DNA from: Phycisphaerae bacterium
Lineage (GTDB): Bacteria > Planctomycetota > Phycisphaerae > Phycisphaerales > SM1A02
Length of the DNA: 38,200 nucleotides
Assembly (NCBI GenBank): GCA_016873355.1
Contig: VGXK01000001.1
Span: forward strand, 1-38,200
Direction: 5' to 3'
Position 1 is the first letter of the stretch. Each line of letters starts with the position of its first letter. Below the pieces are notes generated by a model. It was not told the DNA's origin, made no database searches, and worked only from the letters and a program-made list of their open reading frames with translations. Below are positions 9,201-17,692 of the stretch, one piece after another. The position numbers and the translations under genes were made by a program.

Positions 9201-11390
9201 CAGCAGGAAGCGATTCACGCTGTTGCCGATGCCGAAGCTGAAGACGCGCGTGGTGCCCGCGTATCGACGCACCGCATCCACGATCGCCATGTCGTTGCCC
9301 ACATAGCCGTCGGTGAGGAAGCAGACGATGCGCGTGGGCGGCGCTCCCGGAGGCGGCGGCGAGGTCGCCGGCGCACCGGCCGTCGGCTCGTTCACGGGCA
9401 CCCAGCCCGGATCGTCGCGGCGTCGACTCTTCCAATTCGGCGCGTCGCCGGGCTTCAGCGCCGCGTCGATCGCCTTCATCATCTCCGTGCCGCCCGCGCC
9501 CTGCCGCGACTCCACGAACGCTCGCGCGAGCTTGAGGTTCTCCTCCGTCGCCGGCCGCGGCGCTGGCCACAGCACATGATGATCGCCGGCGAAGGTGATG
9601 AGGTTGAACGTGTCGCCCGTACGCATCGCGCCGAGCATTCGCGTCATCACTTCCTTGCTCTTCTCGATGGGGAAGCCGTTCATCGAGCCCGAGGTGTCGA
9701 GCACGAAGACGAGTTCCCGCGCTCGAATCGTCTCGGGCGCCACCCGCGCCGGAGGAATCATGTAGAGAAGGAAATAGCCGTCCTTGCCCGGCGAGCGCTG
9801 GGTGAGCACGCCTTCGGCCATCTCGCCGCCGGCGAGCTTCCAGGAGAGCACGAAGTCGCGGTTCGGAATCGTCTTGCCCTTCTCGAGCGTCACGACCGCG
9901 CGGCTCTGCGCCGGCTCGGAGACATCGATCTTGTGCAGCTCGCTGCGCAGGTTCGTGACGGCGGGTCCGCCCGTATCGATCGAGATGCGCAGGCTGAGAT
10001 CATGCCCCGCGCGCTCCGGCGGTCGCACCGGCATGGGCGTGATGAGCGCCGCGTCAGGCACCTGGTCCGTGCCCCGTGCGAATCCGGTGCCCGCGTTCTT
10101 CTCTCGCTTGGTTTCCGGGGGCGCGGGCGGACACCAGAACCAGCGGCCGGCGATCTCGCCGGTGCCGTCCGCGAGCAGCGTGCCGGGCTCCTCGCTCCCA
10201 TCGGGATACTTGACGATGAAGTCCGCGCGCACCTGCTCGAACGGGGGCGCGGCGCCCGCCGCCGCCACGCGAACCGGCCGCTCGATCGCCACCGCTCGCT
10301 GCAGCGCTTCGAGCAGTTCCATCGCCGTGATCGGGCCGACCTTGGCGGCGTTCTTCAACTGCTGCTGCTGCGTCATCTGCGCCGCCATCTGTTCCGGCGC
10401 AAGGAGGCGCACTCGATCGGGATCGAGACGAATCTGCGCCGGCGCCAGCAGGATCACGCCTTGTCGCAGCACCAGGCCCGCGGGCAGTCCGCCCATGCTC
10501 GGCGGCTGCGGCGGTCCGCCCGGAATGTAGCGCGGCCCCACCACCATCGGGAAGTCGAAGGTGAAGACGCCGTCGCGCATGGGAAGCGTTTCGACGTAGG
10601 AGATCTCGACGAGCACCTCCGCGCCCGGCTCGATGTTCGCCACGCTCTGCGTGAAGATGTTCGGGCGCTCCTGCTCGAGCAGGCTGGCGACGAATCCGTC
10701 GCGCCGCGCCGATTCGTAGATCTGGCGCGCGAGCGTTCGCTCCTTCACTTCGCCTTCGACGATGCGCTCCTCGCCGTGCGAGCGCACGATCATGCGCATG
10801 CGGTCGACCGCGGCGCGGTGGCTGAGCGGGAAGGTGTAGACCGCTTCGATGAGTCGCCCGTAGGTGTTCGCGTACTTCTGCGTCACCGTCACGCGCGACA
10901 CGAAGCCGGAGATCTGCGCGTCGACTGCGGTGTGCTGAAGCGGGCACGGACCGATGAGATTGCCGTCGCGATCGACGGCGTCCAGGCGCCCGCCCTCCGG
11001 CACCTGCACCAGGCCGATGTCGGCGCTCGCAGTGCGGGACGGCACGAGCATGAGGATGGCGCCCGCCACGAGCGCCACCGCCACCACCGCGGCCGCCCGC
11101 AGCGCCGGTGCCGTGCCGATGCGATGCAGCCGATCGCGCCAGGCGACGGGATGGCGCGCGAATGCGGCGCCCCCGGGGGCGCCGCCCGCGTTCGTCCGTT
11201 CCCCCGCCACCCGTGCGAGCAATTCGTCGCGATGCGCGGCCGCGGCCACCGCGCTCTCGTCGTGCCAGGCTCGAAGCAGCGAGTCGAGTTCGTCGCGCGG
11301 GGGCGCCGATGCCTCGATGCCGCCGTCGGTCCGGTTCGGAGTCTCGTTCGCTTCGCGACCTTCGTTCTGACCGTGTCGATCGTTCGTCAT
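6276..11390 (-). CDS. Membrane-anchored VIT + vWA protein (1704 aa) with anti-sigma-like N-terminus and three C-terminal secretin-N-like repeats
   Basis: ATGA overlap with the sigma stop; ELDSLLRAW helix then TM; VIT (IEAVYTFPL, LLEQERPNIF); MIDAS FVLDTSGSM, GGTEM, FLTDG; repeats IDPQSWIENGG, IEPETWQQTGG, VDSGEWRSNGG. Confidence 0.88.
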   Translation of the reverse strand: MTNDRHGQNEGREANETPNRTDGGIEASAPPRDELDSLLRAWHDESAVAAAAHRDELLARVAGERTNAGGAPGGAAFARHPVAWRDRLHRIGTAPALRAAAVVAVALVAGAILMLVPSRTASADIGLVQVPEGGRLDAVDRDGNLIGPCPLQHTAVDAQISGFVSRVTVTQKYANTYGRLIEAVYTFPLSHRAAVDRMRMIVRSHGEERIVEGEVKERTLARQIYESARRDGFVASLLEQERPNIFTQSVANIEPGAEVLVEISYVETLPMRDGVFTFDFPMVVGPRYIPGGPPQPPSMGGLPAGLVLRQGVILLAPAQIRLDPDRVRLLAPEQMAAQMTQQQQLKNAAKVGPITAMELLEALQRAVAIERPVRVAAAGAAPPFEQVRADFIVKYPDGSEEPGTLLADGTGEIAGRWFWCPPAPPETKREKNAGTGFARGTDQVPDAALITPMPVRPPERAGHDLSLRISIDTGGPAVTNLRSELHKIDVSEPAQSRAVVTLEKGKTIPNRDFVLSWKLAGGEMAEGVLTQRSPGKDGYFLLYMIPPARVAPETIRARELVFVLDTSGSMNGFPIEKSKEVMTRMLGAMRTGDTFNLITFAGDHHVLWPAPRPATEENLKLARAFVESRQGAGGTEMMKAIDAALKPGDAPNWKSRRRDDPGWVPVNEPTAGAPATSPPPPGAPPTRIVCFLTDGYVGNDMAIVDAVRRYAGTTRVFSFGIGNSVNRFLLSEMARAGRGAAEFVLLPSDAEEVVARFSDRVRTPVLTDISVSFDGVETAHVTPPADAIPDLYDREPLVIAGRYPASGRGSIRVRGMTGQGPWERTIPVDFTDGDGNSSVVAPIWARLQVDDILRPHLNELQNENVPAPIRDMVVRLAEQHRIMSPFTSFVAVEKSRVTVGGRSVLVAVPIELPQGVSWEGNFGSAGEVLKVLRAPPQMMADDEGNEVHLYMAGGLATPLDFDKAPDFKLGMLADTYGFQAPAAATGVFTSNDPAAAGVHTINHPAATEVDRLRLSGLKEGTSSNALATGAAPPASGNEAPAAPNSAAVAAPPPPPPPPPASQPIASPRPPAIVAPAETAGRRLEDKSARDFGRLSKSLADSSRLTQGGATRPSAPSGEKAELRMKFAGKAGQAKPGEVGGEELRRWGGTGAPRPPSRGVSMGTPVVGGGGGGFGGGGGVPIGEPSARAERAGYRFGVAHAGEHKPREREPTSPERTDRSDGAGVAPTDAMTPPAAVSDASLKEVDAQTRGEVEKWLKNDGVGELLDGKAAAAGDAHDLAPNSRVDESPAPSRALRVLDAKAILGIESTPADADPESSKEIDDQYASELQVGIMSAIDPQSWIENGGGAGASRILPAGRIAIVHQPAVLAKVDRFVAALAKIGRSPIGAVTRSEVPMDPRTVSLIDIRSFKAEDGAEFDARCDLLEAATEAIEPETWQQTGGERSTRLIGGVVVTDADSRVAETMRSMFDSLRGMIAAPPPAAPVSIGVGDETIVIWDLRPLVRPSGAESADMELVRRRVEELVERLTTMVDSGEWRSNGGTALLRVLGDEFMIVCAKPDLLAKASQFMKMRAHRAIVDAERGAAADRYSQASLTKLSSRLEASLLIAGLEALAAKEELAQASSSPPDADTPVSAASGSEEPMPVVARFTAVDSALEKSLRSIDATIESHGSVSGVAIVRLPRVRLVDLGLLDATIRVDPMPAQP

Positions 11391-11968
11391 GACTGCACCG
11401 CCTCTCGCAACTGCGCCGCGAGCGCTTCCCGCGCCCGCGCCAGCAGCTTGTAGAACGCGCTTCGACCAAGGCCCAGCGCCGACTGCGCCGCGGCCACGGG
11501 ATCCGAATCCAGGTAATAGAGGTGGATGGCCAGCCGCTCGTCGTCGTCGAGACGATCGAGCGCGTGCGTGAGCCGATCCAATCGTTCGCGCTGCACGGTG
11601 GCCTGCGCCGATGCGGGCGCCACCGTCGTCGTGGCTTCGTCGATCATGCGTTGCATGGCCGCTCCTTCGTGGTGGCGGCGACGACGCTCGGAGCGACGAC
11701 GCTCCGAGCAGACCAGCCGTGCGATCCGATAGACCCAGGAACGGAAGCCGCGGCAATCGTGGACTTCGTCGAGCTTGCGGAAGGCACGGATGAATGTCTC
11801 CTGAAGCGCGTCCTCGGCTTCGGCATCCGCCGCGGATCCGCCGGCGTTTCGCCGACAGAGCGACAGCACCACCGCGGCGTGCCGGTCGTAGATCCGGCGG
11901 AATGCCGCTTCGTGGCCCTGCCGGGCCTCCGCGAGGTCCGCGCAGTCGTCGTTCACCGTGTCGTTCAT
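11387..11968 (-). CDS. ECF (sigma-70 group 4) RNA polymerase sigma factor
   Basis: Region 2 AFRRIYDRH..AEDALQETFIRAF..FRSWVYRIA; region 4 ALDRLDDDERLAIHLYY..LARAREAL. Confidence 0.92.
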   Translation of the reverse strand: MNDTVNDDCADLAEARQGHEAAFRRIYDRHAAVVLSLCRRNAGGSAADAEAEDALQETFIRAFRKLDEVHDCRGFRSWVYRIARLVCSERRRSERRRRHHEGAAMQRMIDEATTTVAPASAQATVQRERLDRLTHALDRLDDDERLAIHLYYLDSDPVAAAQSALGLGRSAFYKLLARAREALAAQLREAVQS

Positions 11969-12019
11969 GGCCGCTCGAATCGGATTGTCTCCACCAACGG
12001 CTACGATCGTTCCCTCACC

Positions 12020-13027
12020 ATGGCTGCTGAGGAAACCGCCTCCCTGCCCCGTCACCCCCGCCCGCTCGGCGGCGACACGGCGCGGAACCTGCCGACGGCG
12101 GCATGGAGCCTCACCGCGCAGGTGCTCAACAACGGCCCGGTGCCCCAGATGTTGCGCGACGGTCGCAAGCCGGAATGGCTGCGGGCTCGAATGCCGGGCG
12201 GCGCCGGCTACGAGCGACTCAAGCAGATCGTCGACACGCATCGACTGCACACGGTCTGCCAGGAGGCGAGCTGCCCCAACATGGGCGAATGCTGGAGTCG
12301 CGGCTCCGCCACGATCATGATCCTGGGCGACACCTGCACGCGAAGCTGCGGCTTCTGCAACGTGAAGACCGGTCGTCCCGCGGAAATCGATTTCGACGAG
12401 CCGCGTCGAGTGGCCGAGAGTCTGCGACTCATGGGCCTGAAGCACGTGGTCATCACCTGCGTCAATCGAGACGAACTGCCCGACGGCGGCGCCGCGATCT
12501 GGGCGGAGACGATCGAGCGCACGCACGACGCGTGCCCCGACATGAGCATCGAGGCGCTCGTGGGCGACTTCTGCGGCGATGAATCGGCGCTCCAGGTGGT
12601 CATCGATTCACGCCCGGAGATCCTGAGCCACAATCTCGAGACCGTTCGCCGCATGCACGCGGCGGTGCGCCCGCAGGCGCGGTACGAACGATCGCTCGCG
12701 GTGTTGGCGCAGATCAAGGCGAACGGACTCGTGACGAAGACCGGCATCATGGTCGGCATCGGCGAGCGGGACGACGAAGTGCTGGAACTCATCGACGACG
12801 TGCAGCGCGAGAGCCGCGCCGACATTCTCACCGTCGGTCAGTACCTGCGGCCGACGCGCAATCACCTTCCGGTCGATCGCTGGGTGACCCCCGGAATGTT
12901 CGACGAGTATCGGCGCGAAGCGCTCGCGCGCGGCTTCCGCGTGTGCCAGAGCGGACCGCTCGTGCGCTCGAGCTACCACGCCGACGAGGTCGGCGCCGAG
13001 GTGCTCGCCGAGCGACGACGCGGCTGA
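12020..13027 (+). CDS. lipA: Lipoyl synthase
   Basis: CQEASCPNMGEC (CX4CX5C), radical-SAM CTRSCGFC, HNLETV, GQYLRP, VRSSYHA. Confidence 0.97.
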   Translation: MAAEETASLPRHPRPLGGDTARNLPTAAWSLTAQVLNNGPVPQMLRDGRKPEWLRARMPGGAGYERLKQIVDTHRLHTVCQEASCPNMGECWSRGSATIMILGDTCTRSCGFCNVKTGRPAEIDFDEPRRVAESLRLMGLKHVVITCVNRDELPDGGAAIWAETIERTHDACPDMSIEALVGDFCGDESALQVVIDSRPEILSHNLETVRRMHAAVRPQARYERSLAVLAQIKANGLVTKTGIMVGIGERDDEVLELIDDVQRESRADILTVGQYLRPTRNHLPVDRWVTPGMFDEYRREALARGFRVCQSGPLVRSSYHADEVGAEVLAERRRG

Positions 13028-13028
13028 G

Positions 13029-13460
13029 TCAGATGAACCGAAGCCCGGCTTCGTGGTGATCGATGCGACCCTCGTCGCGACGGATCGCCCTGCTCCAGAC
13101 CACGATGAACGAACGACGGATCGGCACTCGCTGCACGCCGTGATTCGTCGCCGCGCCGCCGACGCACGCGTGCCCTTCGCCGACCCCGCCGTTGCCGCCG
13201 TCGGCGAAGTCGGCAACCAGCTCGATCGCCGTTCCGGTCATGCCGTCTGGATGGCAGCAGGTGGTGCGGATCCGCGCCCCCGTCTCGCTCACGTCGACGG
13301 TCTGGTAGCGCATGGGTTCGCCCGGCCGATGGTGCCAGACGAGCACCAGCCAGCCCTGGAACTCGAGGCGATCGCCCCTGCGTCGCTCTGCTCCGCCGAT
13401 GGCCGCCGAGGTCGACTCGAACCCCGACGGTTCGGCCCGATGATCGGGAGCCGATTCCAT
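13029..13460 (-). CDS. Stand-alone PilZ-domain protein
   Basis: RxxxR (ERRRGDR), DxSxxG (VDVSETGARI), VVW and terminal GLRF. Confidence 0.72.
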   Translation of the reverse strand: MESAPDHRAEPSGFESTSAAIGGAERRRGDRLEFQGWLVLVWHHRPGEPMRYQTVDVSETGARIRTTCCHPDGMTGTAIELVADFADGGNGGVGEGHACVGGAATNHGVQRVPIRRSFIVVWSRAIRRDEGRIDHHEAGLRFI

Positions 13461-13592
13461 GACGCAAGGCTCGAGTTCGTGCGAACCGGAGCAAGGCCGC
13501 ACGGCCGGACGGCGTCGCGTCGCGGTCGCCTTCGACCGGTGATTCGGCCCAGTCCGCTTCAGTCGCCCCGCGCGCCCACCGATAAGCCCACC

Positions 13593-14090
13593 ATGGCCAA
13601 GGCCACTCGCTTCGATCTCTCGCAACTGGAAGGCTGCACGGGCACGGTCTCCGATACGCCCGTGGCCATGCCTCGCGCGCTTCGCCCCGCACGACCGACC
13701 GACGCGCAAGATCGAGCGAAGCGTGTCGGGGCCGATGCGGCAACGCCCCCTGCGCCGACCGCGCCTTCGACGAGTTCGACCGCGCCGAGCGCATTGCCGG
13801 CGCAGACGGAACCGTCGGAATCGGCGGCGGCGCCCGAAGCGCCCGACGCCGCGCCGGCCCAGAGACTCGCGTCGACGAACGACGACGCCGCGGCCGCCCC
13901 CGCCGCACCTGCACCCGTTCCCGCGCCTCGCCGCAGCGTCTTCGACCTCGAGAACGATCGTCGAGCCAGGGAGCTTGATCGCGCCGACGATTCCGAGTCG
14001 CTCGATCGAGTTCGACTCGGCGTGATTCTCGCGCTCACGCTCTCGGCCTGGATTCCGGTGCTGCTCATCTGGTGGGCGCGGCTCGGATGA
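13593..14090 (+). CDS. Hypothetical Pro/Ala-rich protein with C-terminal TM helix
   Basis: Low-complexity linker then LGVILALTLSAWIPVLLIWW; fills the gap before the peptidase gene. Confidence 0.55.
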   Translation: MAKATRFDLSQLEGCTGTVSDTPVAMPRALRPARPTDAQDRAKRVGADAATPPAPTAPSTSSTAPSALPAQTEPSESAAAPEAPDAAPAQRLASTNDDAAAAPAAPAPVPAPRRSVFDLENDRRARELDRADDSESLDRVRLGVILALTLSAWIPVLLIWWARLG

Positions 14091-14102
14091 TCTTCCGAGC
14101 CC

Positions 14103-14108
14103 TACACT
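14103..14108 (+). promoter_or_regulatory. Putative -10 box (TACACT) of a leaderless transcript
   Basis: TANNNT 7 nt before ATG 14116. Confidence 0.5.
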
Positions 14109-14115
14109 CGCGGCC

Positions 14116-15348
14116 ATGTCCGTCGAGTTCCGACACGCCGCGCTCCCGAACGGTCTGACGGTCATCGCCGAGGTGGACGGCGACGCGCACACGGCCGCCG
14201 CCGGTTTCTTCGTGCGCACCGGCGCCCGCGACGAGTCGCGCGAGCTCATGGGGGTGTCGCACTTCCTCGAGCACATGATGTTCAAGGGCAGCGAGCGGCT
14301 CGGCGCCGAAGCGGTGAACGAGGCGTTCGACTCGATCGGCGCCGACCACAACGCGTTCACGTCGTCCGAACTCACCGCGTTCCATGCGCACGTGCTGCCC
14401 GATCGCTTCGACGAAGCCGTCGACACGCTCGCCGAGATCATGCGGCCGGCGCTTCGCACCGCCGACTTCGACGAGGAGAAGGGCGTCATCCTCGAAGAGA
14501 TCGCCATGTACGAGGACAACCCCTTCTGGCGTCTCTACGAGGCGGCGATGGATCGGTACTACGGCGATCATCCGCTCGGCCATCGCGTGCTCGGCACGCG
14601 CGACACGATCACCGCGCTCTCGCGCGATTCGATGCGGGAGTACTTCGAGCATCGATACTCCGCCGACAACACGGTCGTGGCGGCGGCGGGGCGCGTCGAC
14701 TTCGACGCGCTCGTGGCGCGGATCGGCGAGCGCTGCGGATCGTGGAAGCGGACCGGTGCGGTGCGCACGCATCGGCCGTTCGAACCCAGGGCGCTCTTGC
14801 TCCGAGACCGACATCCGAGCGCGCACCGCTCCTATCTGATGTTCGCGGCTCCGGCGCCGCCCTTCGAGGATCCGCGCCGCTACGCGGCCGCGGTGGCCAT
14901 GCAGATCCTGGGCGACGGCGAAGGCTCCCGCTTCCACTGGGCGCTCGTCGACACCGGCATCGCCGAAGAAGCCGACGCCAGCTACGACCCGCGCGACGGA
15001 CTCGGCCTCTTCATGATGAATGCCGCATGCCCCACCGACGCCGCGGACGAGGTGGAGCGCATCGTGCGCGAGCAGATCACGGCGCTTCGCGACTCGCTCG
15101 ATGAAGGCGACCTGCTCCGCGCCAAGCGCAAGATCGCCACTGCGATCGCGCTGGCGGGCGAGCGTCCTGCCGGGCGCATGCAGCGAATCGGCGTGCTCTG
15201 GACGATGCGCGGAATGCACCGAACGCTCGAGCAGGAAACCGAGGAGATCGAGCGGCTCGCGCTCGACGATCTGCGATCCTGCCTCGACGCCTTTCCGCCC
15301 GCGCCGTTGCTGGCGGCGCGGCTGGAACCGGAACAGACCAGCCGCTGA
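14116..15348 (+). CDS. M16 family zinc peptidase (pitrilysin-like)
   Basis: LPNGLTV, inverted zincin HFLEHMMFKG, NAFTS, EKGVILEE, HPLG. Confidence 0.95.
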   Translation: MSVEFRHAALPNGLTVIAEVDGDAHTAAAGFFVRTGARDESRELMGVSHFLEHMMFKGSERLGAEAVNEAFDSIGADHNAFTSSELTAFHAHVLPDRFDEAVDTLAEIMRPALRTADFDEEKGVILEEIAMYEDNPFWRLYEAAMDRYYGDHPLGHRVLGTRDTITALSRDSMREYFEHRYSADNTVVAAAGRVDFDALVARIGERCGSWKRTGAVRTHRPFEPRALLLRDRHPSAHRSYLMFAAPAPPFEDPRRYAAAVAMQILGDGEGSRFHWALVDTGIAEEADASYDPRDGLGLFMMNAACPTDAADEVERIVREQITALRDSLDEGDLLRAKRKIATAIALAGERPAGRMQRIGVLWTMRGMHRTLEQETEEIERLALDDLRSCLDAFPPAPLLAARLEPEQTSR

Positions 15349-15399
15349 TCGCTCGCGGCGCGCCGGCGTTCGTACAGGCACCGCTCGGCATCGCCGGCT

Positions 15400-16848
15400 T
15401 CAGCGAATCTGCTCCGCCGCCGTCATCGGATCGTGCGCCGGCTTGAAGATCCCCACGCGATTGCGTCCGCCTCGCTGCGCGGCGGAGAGCGCCAGCATCG
15501 CGGCTCGCACGAGCGCGTCGGGGGAGTCGAACCGGGCGGCGCCGTGCACGGCCACGCCCGCGCTGATCGTGTTCGGCTCGCGGCTCCGCGTTGCCGGGAC
15601 CGTTCGCTCGCAATCGCGCCGAACTCGTTCCGCGAGCTTCATGGCCTCCCGTGCGCCGGCGGCGCCGGCTTCGACCGGAAGCACCACCGCCAGCAGCCCC
15701 TGCGAGATTCGATGCACCGACGCCGCGCTGCCTGCCGTCTCGGCGAGCCGTGCTTCGAGGCGCGCCACGGTCATCGCGTCCGGCGCCTGCCGGCGCAGCG
15801 TCGTGATCGCATCGGGCTCGATCAGGAGCAGCGCCGTGCCCCGGGCGTCCGTGGCGAGCAGATCGGCGAGCCGTCGCTCGAATCCGATCCTGTCTCCCTG
15901 CGCTTCCGCCTGCTCGGCGGCGCGGCGAGCCTCGGGATCCTGGAGCGCGCGAGCCCGATCGAGCAGCCGGTCGCCGTCGGCGCCGTCGCCGATGTCGATC
16001 TCGAGCATCGCCGCGAGTTCCGTGGCTCGCTTCCCGATCTGTTCGAGCAGCTGCCTCGCATCGCCGCCCCGCATCGCAAGCTCGCCCTCGCCGTGCCGCA
16101 GGAACGACGCCTCCGCGAACGCGCGGGCGCGGGCGTCGGTGCCGCCCGTGCCTCGCTCAGCGATTCCGGCGAGCGCCACGACGACCTCGAGCGACGGCAT
16201 GTGACGCGCCGGCTCGCGCTCGTGCGTCGCGATCGCGTTCGCGAGCTCCGGCGGAAGTCCCCAGCGCTTCGCCATCATCGCGCCGACTTCGGCGTGATCG
16301 ATTTCGAAGAAGCGCTGCTCGTCGCGGATCAGGCGCGAGTGGTCGCCCCTCGCTTCGTCCTTGACCTGAAGGTATCGGTCGCCGAAGGCGCGATACATGG
16401 AGACCATGCCGATCTCGGCGAGCAGTCCTGTGAGCTGCGCTTCGTCGGGGTCGACGCCCTTGCCGAAGCGAGCCAGCAGCCGCGCGGAGACGGCGTTGCG
16501 CACCGATCGACGCCAGTAGCTCCGCCATGGGAAGTCGATCTCTCGATCGTCGCCGCCGTCGAGCGTCCGCGCCAGCGAAAAGCCGAGCACGATCGATCGC
16601 ACGGCGCGAAGTCCGAGCAGCGTCGCGGCCTGCGAGATGTTCGCGCAGGGACGCGGCAGCGCGTAGTAGCTGCTGTTCACCGTGCGCAGAAGCCGCACGA
16701 CGAGCGCTTGATCGAGTTCGATCACTTCCGCGATCTCCGGGATCGTGGCGTGGCCGGACTCCGTGATGGAAAGAATCCGCCGCGCAACCGCCGGCATGGA
16801 CGGCAGCCGCGCTTCGGACAGAACCTCCTCGAGACGAACGTCGAGCAT
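15400..16848 (-). CDS. HDOD-domain protein with C-terminal degenerate GGDEF-like domain
   Basis: LPSMPAVA, DQALVVRLLRTVNSSYY, DHAEVG..WGLP; C-terminal TISAGVA..AAQRGGRNRV with RISQGL in place of GGDEF; GGAGG RBS. Confidence 0.88.
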   Translation of the reverse strand: MLDVRLEEVLSEARLPSMPAVARRILSITESGHATIPEIAEVIELDQALVVRLLRTVNSSYYALPRPCANISQAATLLGLRAVRSIVLGFSLARTLDGGDDREIDFPWRSYWRRSVRNAVSARLLARFGKGVDPDEAQLTGLLAEIGMVSMYRAFGDRYLQVKDEARGDHSRLIRDEQRFFEIDHAEVGAMMAKRWGLPPELANAIATHEREPARHMPSLEVVVALAGIAERGTGGTDARARAFAEASFLRHGEGELAMRGGDARQLLEQIGKRATELAAMLEIDIGDGADGDRLLDRARALQDPEARRAAEQAEAQGDRIGFERRLADLLATDARGTALLLIEPDAITTLRRQAPDAMTVARLEARLAETAGSAASVHRISQGLLAVVLPVEAGAAGAREAMKLAERVRRDCERTVPATRSREPNTISAGVAVHGAARFDSPDALVRAAMLALSAAQRGGRNRVGIFKPAHDPMTAAEQIR

Positions 16849-16868
16849 CAATCCTCCCCTTCCCCCGA

Positions 16869-17663
16869 TCAGATCGGGCGAGGTCCGGATCGCGTTGAGC
16901 GTCCCAGGAGATTTCCGAAGAGATGGGTGAGCGTGGGAGGTTCCATCTGCAGCGTCTCGCGCAGGTGGGCCGCGAGCAGGCGATTCGCCCGATCGAGCGT
17001 CTCGAGCGGCGCCGACGACACGCCGTCGGCGCCCGAGTTCACGCGCCGAAGCAACTCGAGCGTCTCGCGTCGCACGCGCCAGCCGTGCTCGGGCTCGATC
17101 TCGGTGAATCCGCCGCTGCGCGGGTCGAACCAGAGCGTCGCCGCACGGCCTTCCGCGTCGAGCGCGGGCTGCACGCCCGTCTCCTGGAGCAGACGCCACT
17201 GGAAACGCAGCAGCGCCTGCGCCGTCCGTGCCGCCTGTTCCGTCTGCGCCGAGACCTCCTGCGCTCGATCAGGCGACGAGCGACCGCCGACCGCGCGAAG
17301 AAGCGACGCGAACTCGTCGTAGAGGCCCGGATGCGGGTCCGCCGGCGCCACCATCCGCGCCACGAGATCGGCCGCGTAGAACGAGATGCGATTCGCCGGC
17401 AGCGAATCACGCAGTCCCGGGAAGGTCTCGAGCAGATCCCAGTCGGTGAAGGTGGCGAGCTCCGTGGTCGGCTTCACGATCACGCCGAACTCGCCGCGCG
17501 AGAGCAGGTCGATGCCGCCGCCGAAGCGCCCGCGTTCCCGGCGCGCTCCTTTCGCCAGTCCTCGCAGCACGCCGAGCGAGCGGCCGAAGACGCTCACCGT
17601 CTGGCTCGTCTCGGACCAGTCCCAATGTCGAAGGCAGATCCCCTCGTCGCGGAGGGCCGGCAT
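16869..17663 (-). CDS. recO: DNA repair protein RecO
   Basis: DEGICLRHWDWSETSQTV..GVLRGLAKGARR OB-fold N-terminus, HPGLY, RFQWRLLQETG. Confidence 0.9.
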   Translation of the reverse strand: MPALRDEGICLRHWDWSETSQTVSVFGRSLGVLRGLAKGARRERGRFGGGIDLLSRGEFGVIVKPTTELATFTDWDLLETFPGLRDSLPANRISFYAADLVARMVAPADPHPGLYDEFASLLRAVGGRSSPDRAQEVSAQTEQAARTAQALLRFQWRLLQETGVQPALDAEGRAATLWFDPRSGGFTEIEPEHGWRVRRETLELLRRVNSGADGVSSAPLETLDRANRLLAAHLRETLQMEPPTLTHLFGNLLGRSTRSGPRPI

Positions 17664-17669
17664 GCCGCC

Positions 17670-17675
17670 ATGCTA
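17670..17675 (-). promoter_or_regulatory. Putative -10 box (TAGCAT) of a leaderless recO transcript
   Basis: TANNNT 6 nt before ATG 17663. Confidence 0.45.
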
Positions 17676-17692
17676 CGACGAGCGCGCGGCGG

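Noticed and set aside
6282..11453. 1723-aa plus-strand ORF
   Set aside because: Antisense shadow of the VIT-vWA gene. Arg/His-rich with no motifs, as expected from high-GC codon bias.
11391..11756. N-terminal extension suggesting a sigma-vWA fusion or long overlap
   Set aside because: Different frame from the sigma gene. The ATGA overlap at 11387-11390 explains two separate genes.
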